Of a DNA stretch of 64,000 bases, positions 1-10,620 are shown piece by piece. Every line of letters begins with the position of its first letter. Position 1 is the first letter of the stretch. Below the pieces are notes generated by a model. It was not told the origin of the DNA and did not search any database. It was given only the letters and a program-made list of their open reading frames with translations. Position numbers and translations under genes: made by a program. Location: the NCBI GenBank assembly GCA_038496445.1, contig JALMLS010000631.1, positions 1 through 64,000 of the forward strand, read 5' to 3'. The DNA comes from Trichosphaerium sp. ATCC 40318. Taxonomy: Eukaryota > Protista > Tubulinea.

Positions 1-130
1 AAGAAAAACCTCTCAAGTCGGACCATAAACGGATAGCTCTAAACTTAAAGGTACCAATCAATAATTTTACACCTGAAAAAAGATACAAAGTCAAAATAGA
101 AAGGTTGTACCTCAGAAATGTAAGTAACAA

Positions 131-1059
131 CAGGGCTGAAACTAAACAAGGCTTTGCCTTAAATATGAAGGCATTTTTTTAAAATCAGGCATTGATGGCA
201 AAAATCAGGCATGCAAAAATGGCAATGCCTGATTTTGCAAAGGCAATGGCAAAAAAGGCAAAAATCAGGCATTGAAATAAGGCTTTGTTGGGCAATGCCT
301 TAATTATTGCAATGCCTTGTTTTTTTTAGGCAATGCCTGCCCTAGTTTTTTTATGCATTGCCAGCCTTAAATTTACAGGCACCAATTAGGCATTGGTTGT
401 GTACACATTGTACATTAAGGATACATTGGTTTAAGGTAAGTTTCCACCACACCAACACTTCCTAAACATTTTTTTTCATTTACTACTGACGTTTTATATA
501 GACGACGTCACCACTCGCTTAGTATTTTATGGATTCTAACGAAACCACCGCCATTCGAACCGCAGCACCCAAATGCACCTACAACAGGAGTATAGGTACT
601 TTAAACCATTTTTCCAGTCCGCGAAAATTATACCAATAATTTGTTAATTTTTTTTTCTAGCTAAAGGTTTTTTTTCACATGGAGGACATTGAAGTTTTTT
701 GTGTTTTGTGTACTGTACTTTAATAAATGAATCACTATTGTATGCCTATATAAAGCCTTGTTTTATGAGTATATGGTGCCTGGGTTATGCCCAAAAATTG
801 AGGGCAAAAATGCCTTATTGTTGCACTAAAAATGAGGCATTATTGAACCAACAATGCAGGCTATTTTAAGGCTAATTAGTGAACCAGTTGCTTGCTATTT
901 GGCCCAAATATGAGGCTCCAAAGCCCAAAATTACAAGGCAATGCCTCATATTTGCTCATTTTTTTTGGCAAAAACAAGGCAATTTGGTGAAAAATAAGGC
1001 TGTATTTGGTGGCAAAAAAAAGGCTTTTGCAAAAAAAGCCTTATTTAGTTTCAGCCCTG
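131..1059. mobile_element. Non-autonomous TIR DNA element E1 (929 bp), family A, 2-bp TSD AA
   Basis: TIR cagggctgaaactaaacaaggc / gccttatttagtttcagccctg (21 of 22 match). Many AGGCAT/ATGCCT subterminal repeats. Flanked aa|...|aa. No transposase ORF. Confidence 0.9.
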
Positions 1060-1398
1060 AAATACCTCAAAAAACTACTTGCCTGAAATAACTTAAAGGA
1101 GCACATCGGACCTGAGGTTATAGATATATATCACAAAGCATTAAACGAAGGATACGATGAAATTGCGGATATTTATTGGAATTTATTTTTAGAAAAATTT
1201 ACCAGTAAACTTTATACTTACCTCGAATCTAAAATAGGACATAAATCCAAGCTTAGAGTAAACCTAACAGAAAAAATCATCAAAAACTTTTCTCTAAACA
1301 ATGCTAAAACGTTATTTAACATAATTAAACATGGTAGGTATCTTATTAGTTCAAAAATCAACATTACACAAGGAAAAAAGATATTAGAGAATGCGCTA

Positions 1399-2458
1399 CA
1401 GGTCTAAAAAAATATACCAGTTTTTTTGGTATATACCACTTTTATACCACTTTTTTATACCAGTTTTTCATGGTATATACCAAAAAAAGTGGTATATTTT
1501 GACTGAAATATACCAAAAAAAGAGGTATATTGACAAAATATACCAAAAATATACCAAAAAAAACAGGTATAAAAACAGAAAATATACCACTTTTTTTCAC
1601 CAGAAAAAAAAAAATATACCACTTTTTTATACCACTTTTTTTAGGTATATACCAGTTATATACCACTTTTTTATACCAGTTTTTCATGGTATATACCACT
1701 CTTATATACCACTTTATGCCTACTTATGGTACACCTGCAATTCCAGAAAATACACTTTATTTAATACACAGTTTGTGAGTTACAAGTTTTGGACAATGTC
1801 CACTACAGTTACATTACTATGGGCGTCTGGAAAATTCGTCCATCTCCATGAGCTTGCTGTGCCTACTGTAAAAACATGCTGCGCACCTAATGAAAGTGGT
1901 CCCACCCGAATCTATCAATTACTAAGGCCTACGGAGGTCGGTTAATGTATATCAAACGAAAATAAAATAACACTTTGTCTGGTACCCACGAACGTCTGTA
2001 TAATACCTGCAATATAGTTTCCTTAATGTTGGTACTGGAATCAGGTCCTGCGGTTTGAATGAGCTTGGTTTGGTTAGATTCTATGATATACTAAGGTCCC
2101 TACGCACCGTTCAATGTATGACGTCTATGATCGTTCAACAAGAAAACCCATTACCAAAAAGCTCCTTAATGACCTTCTTGAAGCATACCATAAAAGTGGT
2201 ATATACCAATAAAAAGGTGGTATATACCACATATCATAAAAAAGTGGTATATACCACTTTATATACCATTTTTAGAAGGTCTCATTATGTGAATGAAAAG
2301 TGGTATATACCACTTCCATATACCACTTTTTTATTCACTTAATTTCTAAAAAAAGTGGTATTTCAAAATGGTATATACCAGTTCATATACTATTTTGTTG
2401 AAAAAAGTGGTATATACCATAAAAAAACTGGTATATACCACTTTAATTTTTAGACCTG
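1399..2458. mobile_element. Non-autonomous TIR DNA element E2 (1060 bp), family B, 2-bp TSD TA
   Basis: TIR caggtctaaaaa / tttttagacctg. Dense ATATACCA(C)/GTGGTATAT repeat arms at ~1410-1715 and ~2185-2445. Flanked ta|...|ta. Confidence 0.9.
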
Positions 2459-3029
2459 TACTTCACAAAGTCAATAAAATACTTAAAGGCTTTGAAGATA
2501 CTATACCTCTAAGCAACAAAGAATATATAGATTTCGCAAATGAAGCAATGAAAAAACTGAAAGTGGTCAAAGATCAAATTAGGAAGGAAATAAGAAACAA
2601 ACACGTTGACAACATGATCGAAAAAATAGTCAATAGTAAATCAAGATCTCTCTTTCGCAGATACAGAAAACTCAGAAACCTCAAAACTAACGATTTCCCT
2701 CAATCATTCACTAGAGAAGATGGTACAGAAGTCGCATCAAATGAAGAAATGAATGAAGAAATTAAACATAAATGGGGTACGGTTTTTAAAGATAGCGAGG
2801 TACAAAACGCAGAAGAACTTATACCTTTTGACATGGAACCTAAAACTAACAACGAAGAATTTGACATAGACGCAATTGATGAACATACTTTCAAAAACGC
2901 TGCCAAACGAATAGCTTCATTTAAAGCACCAGGGTTCTCCAAAATTGACGCTAAAATATATAAAACGCTTCCTAATGAAGCAATCACCATGCTCACTAAC
3001 CTTATGAAATATTGCTTTAAAATGTCTTT

Positions 3030-4067
3030 CAGGGCTGAAACTCAACAAGGCATTTTTGGACAATGCCTAGGCATTTTCATCAAATAATGCCTTATTTTTT
3101 ACAAAAATGCCTAGTTTTTGCTTCATTCAAAAAGGCAAATACAGGGCAATGCCTTATTTTTTGCTCCAAAAATGCCTTATATTTGATGAAAAATGCTTGC
3201 ATCTGGTACACAAGATTGCAATGGTTTTGCCTGCATATTTTTAGGAATTATGCCCTTCAAATTAGGGCATAACTCATGCATCAATGCCTTATTTTGAAGG
3301 CAAAAAGTAAGCATTATCATAGTCTACAGTGCCTAATAAACCAGGGCATTTTCAGGTAATAACACAACTATTTATTTTATAATACAGTACACATACAATA
3401 CACAAAACTTCTAAGTCCACATTTGAAAAAACCTTAAAGAAAATATGAGATGGTGTAGAAAAAAAAAAAAAAAAAACTTACCTTGTAGTGTTAGAATTCC
3501 GCGGTCCTGGAAATATCGCGGAGTTCACTCCTACTACTGTTGTAGGTGAAATAGAGTGCCGCGGTTCGTTTGGCGGTGGTTTCGTCTAATTTCATGAATT
3601 ACTAAGAGCGCTAGGTGCCTATCTATATAAAACGTCAGTAGGTGATGTGAAAAAAAAAGTGTAAAAGTTGTTTGACTGTTACTTACCTTAAACCACTTCC
3701 TTAATGTGATCAGTCCTATGATATAGTATAGGCAATGCCTTATATATGAATTAAAATACAAGGCATATATTGCTTAAAAAAATAAGGCATAATAAAGGCA
3801 TAAAGTACTTGCAATACAGGGCATTACTTGATTTTATGCAATGCCAAAAAATGCAATACAAGGCATTACCTGATTTTATGCAATGCCAAAAGATGCCCAA
3901 AAATGCCTGGTATTAATGTTTTTTTGATGAAGGCATTGCCTTTTTGTAAAAATGCCTTATTTTATTGGGCATTGCCAAATGCAAATGCCTTGATTTTGCC
4001 ATCTAATGCCAAATGTTAGAAATATGCATCATTTTTTAAGGCAATGCCTAGCTGAGTTTCAGCCCTG
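3030..4067. mobile_element. Non-autonomous TIR DNA element E3 (1038 bp), family A, inverted relative to E1, 2-bp TSD TT
   Basis: TIR cagggctgaaactca / tgagtttcagccctg. AGGCAT/ATGCCT repeats. The internal core is a reverse-complement homolog of the E1 core. Flanked tt|...|tt. Confidence 0.9.
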
Positions 4068-7000
4068 TTTATTCCTGAGAAATGGAAAAACAGTACCACT
4101 ATAATGCTAGTAAAAAACGGTGATCCAACAGATGCGTTAAATTTTAGACCAATATCACTACTCAACTCATTGTATAAAATTTATTCTAGAATACTTACAG
4201 ACGTATTAGAATCAGCTAATAAAAATAACAATCTGTTAAGTAAAAACCAATACGGTTTTGTTAAAGGTAAATCAATTCATATGGCACATAAGAAATTTAT
4301 CTCGGCGGTAAGAGAAGCTAATCATAAAGGTAAGGATCTATATGCGTTATTTATAGATTTAAGAAAGGCGTACGATTCAATTCCACATTGGGCTATTGAC
4401 AATATCTTCAAATGGCATGGTTTCAGTAAAAGTATAAGAAAAGTGTTGGTATCGCTTTTTAAAGAAATCAAGACAACGATTAAAACTCAGGTGGGTGAAG
4501 CAGAAATTAGAATTAATAGAGGTACTAGACAAGGAGATATCATATCACCAATGATTTGGGATTTCTTTATTAACTCGCTTGTTCTTAAAATGGAAGAAAG
4601 TAAGTTAGGTTTCAAATGCGCTGACGGTAAAATTGTTACAGTAATCGCTTACGCAGACGACTTAGTGATTTTAGCGGAGAACTTAGAGGATTTACATAAA
4701 CTATATGACCTACTTCTTTCTTTTTGCTCCTTTTATGACATTAATATTAACACAGAGAAATCATCATTGCTCACTAACAAAGAAGAATTAGCTGAAGAAA
4801 TCTACCATAAACCATTGCGCTGGAAAGGTAGTCAAATCCCAATAGGAAAACCAAATGAAACGTATAAATACCTTGGTATACTAATTAACATGAATCTAGA
4901 CTTTAAGGAACATTTTACCAAATTAGGAAGCTTCTTTAAGACGGTAATTAATTTAGTTAACACTAATTACTTTACTACAGCCCAAAAAGTCAGGATTATT
5001 AATCAAGTAGCAATAGCTAAAGTTAGATTTACACAAAGCGTCATCAACATCCCTAAAGTATGGCTAAAAAAATGGGATAACTTAGCAACAAGAATTATAA
5101 AGCGTAAAGTTAAAATACAAACAAATACACATAATGAGAGAGTTCAATCGAGCAACGTAGGTTTTGGTCTTTTATCATTAAAGAATACTCAAACACAGGC
5201 ATTTGTAAAGACAGCTCTCAAAGATAATCTCAACTGTAAAGAAGGTGCAATAGGTAGTGAATCAGTAGCCTCAGACTTTAAAACGTGTAAAAGGCTCCTT
5301 AATAATACTAACTACAATATTAAATACATAGGTTTGATTCGTAAAACGTCTTTACTAGCAAAACCCATGAGTGTGCCAACTTTTAATAGCATTACTACAA
5401 AAGTCAATGGTACGTCAATTATTGCAACGGATGGTAGCGTTATAGATGGAGTTGCATACAGTGGCATAGCGTTGTCAATCAACAAAAACAAATGGTTGAA
5501 ATTTCATACTTTATTTCATGACGACTCAAATGGGGCCGAACTAGAAGCTATAAAAATGGCAGCTCGTATCACACCCAAAGAGTTACCTATTATTATAGTT
5601 ACTGACTCTTTAAATTCTAAAAGATGGATCAAACAATTCGACAAATGGCTCCCTATTAAAAAATTCAAGAGTCCTTACGCACACACTCTAGAACGCATAA
5701 ATGACCTCATAAATAATAGAATTGGTACTACTGACATTATATGGTATCCGAGTCATACTCTGGAAAGTAGCTCTAAAAAGGTAGCAGCACTTAAAGCTTC
5801 TAAACACATCACTAGAAAGTACTCAGCCCAATTAGTTCCATGGTGTATAGCTTTAAACGCATACACAGATAAGATTGCATCTGATAAGTGCTATAAAGCA
5901 GAAGGTAGATGCTTACTAGGTACTAATCTACACCCTATAAGAACAGGTAACTACTGTCTTGTTAATTCAAAAGACTCTCCTACATACCATGACCCGTGGA
6001 AAATTCTTAAAATAGCTGCGGAAGAAAAAAAAATTAAGTTCATTAACAATGTTTCTAGTAATCTAGGTAGAAATAGATTAAATCTAGATATGGCTCGATC
6101 CAAGATTTCTTATTTCAACATGCAAAATGACAGAATAGTAGATTTTGCATTCAGAGTCAAGCGACATGCATTGTTTCTCAACAGTGTGAAATTCCACAGA
6201 CAACCAAAAGTCTGTGACTCTCTATGGGCTAGAAGAACTAAAATTAATTATCCTAACCCATTTTGTTCTATGTGTCAAGATGGATCTCATGAAACCTTCC
6301 AACATTTCGTTAGATGTAAAAACAATCCGTTCGATATCAGAACGCATCTGTTTTATCACATTGCCAGAATATACACTGAAACTATTGACGAAGAATTCCC
6401 AGACTCTGAGGAAAAATTCCGTAAGTTCAATTTTTATTCACTTATCAGAAATAAAACTAAAGATAACTACTTTGTTTCGAACTCCTTCCAACTCAGATAC
6501 AAAGTTAAACACGCTATGTTCTGCGTTCTTCAAGCAGGTAGAAATATAGATTCGCTTATGGAAGAGGAATATTGGGTTGATAAGTATATTGGAAAAAATT
6601 TATTGGGTGCAGTGGTGGAAAAATTTATTGACAATTACGGTTTTATGGGCGTCACACATAATTTATCTTTCCGTGAAGCACAAGGATGGGTCACAGAAGA
6701 ATTGATCAGCAAGATAAGAGAAACTTTTGCCATTAATACACCCAAAGCTAGGTTCATGGCACAACGTATTAACCGTATTTATATTGCATTATTATATAGA
6801 AGATATATATCATGTTGTAAGAAAGATATCACATATAAGAAATCGGTGGGCGCTTACCTAGGGCCGAGGGTTTTTGCATTGGCTAACGACAATATTAGAA
6901 ATATCTTAGGTCTTTAGTATCTTGAAATTTCTCCTCTTTCTTTCTTTTACATTTGTTTCTATTCTTACCGGGCTTCCCTTTTATAGTTGAAGTTAGTTTA

Positions 7001-7344
7001 TGGAGGAGTTAGGTTAGAAGCTTACGTTATAGCATGGTTCACTATTATAAGTTTATTGGCATAATGGTCTCACACTGTTTAGAAACTCTAGGTCACCTCG
7101 TCTCCTTTTCTGTATATTGGTATTCTTTCTTGTTTTTTTCCCCCTTTTTTTTTTATCAGTCGCCCATAATAACCTGGCTGCGTCTAGAAGTTCAGAGTTT
7201 ACCTCTTGTAGTGTCCTAGTGGACCAGTAGAACTTAGGTTTTCCGAAAGGAAGACCGTTGACGTTAAATAAAATAATAATAATAATTTCGAAGTCTTTAT
7301 TTCTTTTGAACTATCTTTTGACTTTTCATCCATTCTAAACAATC

Positions 7345-9405
7345 ATGAGCGCATCTTCAAGCCCTATTTTAATGATACCAGGACCAATCGAGGTCGATCC
7401 ACAAGTTCTCGAAGCGCTAGGTACGTTTATGTCATTTTCACTAAAAAACAAATGACAAGTCGCCTAGGAAGGCGCCCAGAGAGCCACGTATCGCCTGTAT
7501 TCATTAAAATCTTCTCTGAAGTGTTAATAAACCTAAGGTACTGGTAGTTTACGCTGACTGTAGCTTATGATGTATAGAAAGGTATTTTGCTGTAAAAAAG
7601 GGCAACCGTTTGTAATTTCAGCCTCAGGTACATTAAAAACTCAGTAAACATCGTCTAATAAACGAATAGGCACCTTAGGATGGGATGCAACTGTAGTTAA
7701 CTTGTTTGAACAAGTATGTATTTAGCTATTTTACAAAAAGTGTTTGTAACTTTTTCTTTCCAAAAAGGACAGCGACGCTCTTATCATTAGCTCAGGATAC
7801 GTACGTGACCTTTTTTAAAGCGGTTTTTTTGTTGTACTGACAGTTACAAAATAGTTCGGTGACCGATTTTTGAACACGTGCGTGAACGTATAATCACGTT
7901 TGTTGTTTTGTGCCAACAAAGTATCGTTAGGTTCAAATCATACAATGTAAATGCAGATATAGTCCAAGGACCTGCTGGAACTTTTCCATCAATGGAAGAT
8001 ATAAAGGTACGAGTTGTTTTAATTGTTCAAGTGATCATTAGGTAAAAACAACGCTAACACTGTAAATAGAAAGCTCTATCGAGTAAGAAGTATCGTGGCG
8101 TTACGATAACCCATGTTGATACCAGTACTGGAGTACTAGCGGGTAAACCTTTACACGTGAATCACGCTTAACAAAGTTTAGATGTGAAATCCGTTGCTGC
8201 AGTTGTAAAAGAAGTATCACCAGATACATTAATTATAGTTGATGGCGTCTGTGCATCAGGTAATCATACTTTAAGATACATGAAATTCTAAAATTTAATT
8301 AGCTGGAGAAGAGTTGCGAATGGATGAATGGGGTATCGATTACGTAATGACTGCAAGCCAGAAAGCTCTTGGCGTTCCTCCAGGTAAGTTTTCTTAAAAA
8401 CTTTCGTAACGTCTTTTAACCTTAAATCGAAGGTCTATCTGTTTCAATGGCATCAGAACGTGCCATAGTACGTCTTGCATATAAACCAACGTCTTTTTAG
8501 CGTTTTAATATTATCAACAGGCTACACACGGAGCAAGAGTAAAAAAGGTACCTTTTGCATTTTTTTAATTTTTTTTTGTTGGTTGTAATTTTGTTTTCTA
8601 AAATAGGTTCCTAATTACTATGCTGACTGGCAAAACTGGCTTCCAATTATGAAAGCATACGAGTCACTGAAACCATCATATTTTGCTACACCTCCAGTTA
8701 ATCTCATCACTGCGTTGCACGTGTCATTGACCCAAATGCTCGCCGATGGTATGTGTACAATTATCATCAGCAAACTCCATTAGTAGACTACTGAATTATT
8801 AATCCTATTTGTCAAGGTGGTATGGAAGCAAACTGGAGCAAACACAAGAAGGTATGTAACATAATTGTCATTCTCTTATTTACCGAGCGTAGGCAGCTGC
8901 AGCTTTCAAATCAGGTATACCACAACACGCCTTAGAAAGGATGTAATTGTTTTTACTCGTCCTAATATTGTTATGTAGCTGTAAAAGCTCTCGGATTAGG
9001 TACAGTACCAGTCGAATCGTACTTGGAAGCAAATACGCTTTCTTGTGTACGCTTCCCTGAAGGCATAAATGGTATGGAAAGTTTAGAAGAGTTACTATTA
9101 TTGTGTTACGACTAAACATATCTCTAGCTGGTTCTCTTCTACCAAAAATTAAAGCCCAGGGCGTCATTCTTGCAGGAGGACTACACAAAGACATAAAAGC
9201 AGAATACTTCAGAGTTGGTCACATGTCAATATCAGCAACAAGACCAGCACTTGGTCATTTGTATGTCGTTACCATCATTTACAAGATTAACTTGTTTTTA
9301 AGGACCAAAACAGTTGAAGCAATTGAAACAGCACTCGCAGAATGTAACTACGAGTTTAAAAAAGGAGCTGGTATCGAAGCCTTCGCAAATGCAATGAAAT
9401 GTTAG
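7345..9405 (+). CDS. AGXT: Alanine--glyoxylate / serine--pyruvate aminotransferase (class V PLP), ~20 short introns
   Basis: Exon peptides [69 protein letters not shown]. Confidence 0.9.
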
Positions 9406-10620
9406 ACACTCCAATTTTGACACATTGAAATCAGAAAAAACTCAGAAAGTTGCTCGACAAATATTTTTCAGATTGAAAAAAAATAAACTTGGTCCAGAAG
9501 CGTTTTTTTAACACTACGTTCTATTATATATTATATTACAGTACGGATAACAAACAAAAAAAGGTCAATGCGATAGTACGACGAATATTCCGGAAAGTCG
9601 TTTTTTTGTAATTCACCCTTAAAAAAGCAAGTATTTCAATGGTACCAGTTTACCTAAACGTAAAAAAGTAAGTAAAAAAGTCATATCCATTTTCGATTTT
9701 TTAGTGAAAAGGGTGATGATGCCACAAAGCGTACCGCTTTCTTTTTTTTTCTATACAAAGCGATGACGTTACACAAGAAGTGTTTCACCATCTATGAGGA
9801 AAACTCTACTCATAAACATATGTCGAGAAGAGTGTGGTAATTTTGTGAGTATATTCCTTGCTATAGGTGTACTACGAGACTTTATTGACCTAAAAAAAGA
9901 CAAAGTCAGCATCAAGACGCACTGGGATGGTAATAGCAAAAAAATTTCTTGGGCGCGCACTGATGGCGCGGTCTAACTGCTGGGTTCGTTGCGTTTTGAG
10001 TATTCTGTATTTTTTGTTCTCCGTCATTACTTTCTTCTTGTGCTATTTCTATGCGTGATTGCGCACCACCTGGGCCCTTTAAAATACTATTCAGTACGAA
10101 AAACTCGTAATTTCGTAATAACTCTTTCGAAAACAACTACGTTTTATCTTTTACTTCGTAATTGGCGTTGGAAAAAGCGATAAAAACCATTTTGTGGCCG
10201 TAACGCCGATAAAGTTTCGCTGTAGCGTATTTTTTTGTTTTTACCTGAGACGAGCTTTGAAGTCGTTCCATTTGTATAATTTATGATATGAAACGCCTTG
10301 TAGTACTGCTTACGCTTGTCTAATACGTAAATAGAAAATTATACGGTTTAGTGAGAAATCGTTTGACTTTGTCGGTATCTTCGAATGTTACCCAAACCAA
10401 CCTTTTCGTTTATTGAACATGAGCGTACAAGGCCTTGAGTTATTTGGATTGTTGGAATAACGTAATGTCGTAACAAACTGTGTTTTCGCTAGAAGAAGCT
10501 TTCAGTTCACACTCGGCTGATCATACCCCCGAGCGCCATAAGGCGCACTTCCAGAACAATTACAAGCGACTTACGTAATGTACATTTTTATTACAGTGAG
10601 TGGTTTTTATATTTGTGCGG

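Larger units (their letters stand above)
3..6917 (+). pseudogene. Interrupted pol ORF of the retroelement (segments 3-128, 1060-1398, 2461-3027, 4068-6917; ~1293 codons, one in-frame TGA at 1084-1086)
   Basis: Joining the segments after removing each insert plus 2 bp keeps the frame at all three junctions (VSN|KYL, NAL|LHK, KMS|FIPEKWK). The 937-aa ORF 4104-6917 is the RT-RNH portion. Confidence 0.85.
1..7285 (+). mobile_element. Non-LTR retrotransposon (APE-RT-RNase H-CCHC type), 5' end outside window, interrupted by three TIR elements
   Basis: Frame from nt 3 reads EKPLKSDHKRI (SDH ends APE endonucleases). 2461-3027 has the KAPG motif. 4068-6917 has IPEKWK, FRPISLL, DLRKAYDS, RGTRQGDIISP, YADD and YKYLG (RT), ATDGS/AELEAI/TDS/PSH/NAYTD (RNase H) and CSMC..ETFQHFVRC. 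It ends in an AATAAA(ATA)n tail at ~7266-7285. Confidence 0.92.

Noticed and set aside
1084-1086. Alternative genetic code (TGA, or TAA/TAG reassignment)
   Set aside because: Host genes end with TAA, TAG and TGA, and use TGG for conserved Trp.
1391-2460. ORFs 1391-1945, 1442-1699, 1530-1778, 2055-2342 and the first 31 codons of 2368-3087 as genes
   Set aside because: They are translations of the ATATACCA repeat arms of E2. Only 2461-3027 belongs to the retroelement ORF.
1399-4067. E2 and E3 as Introner-type elements spliced at their own TIR sites
   Set aside because: CAG|GT...TTAG|ACCTG in E2 would leave 10 extra nt, a frameshift. The terminal GT/GC-AG combinations tried for E3 give a frameshift or an immediate TGA.
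131-4067. CRISPR-like array, or hAT identity from the CAGGG ends
   Set aside because: The repeats are short, degenerate and irregularly spaced. No 8-bp TSD is present at any junction.
9769-10183. Short ORFs between AGXT and ROCO
   Set aside because: No recognisable motifs or consistent exon structure.
10255-10580. RNase P/MRP-like RNA (GAAGTCGTT pairing with AGCGACTTAC; two GC hairpins at ~10515-10550)
   Set aside because: No convincing P1 helix or internal conserved regions were found. An Infernal/Rfam scan would be needed.
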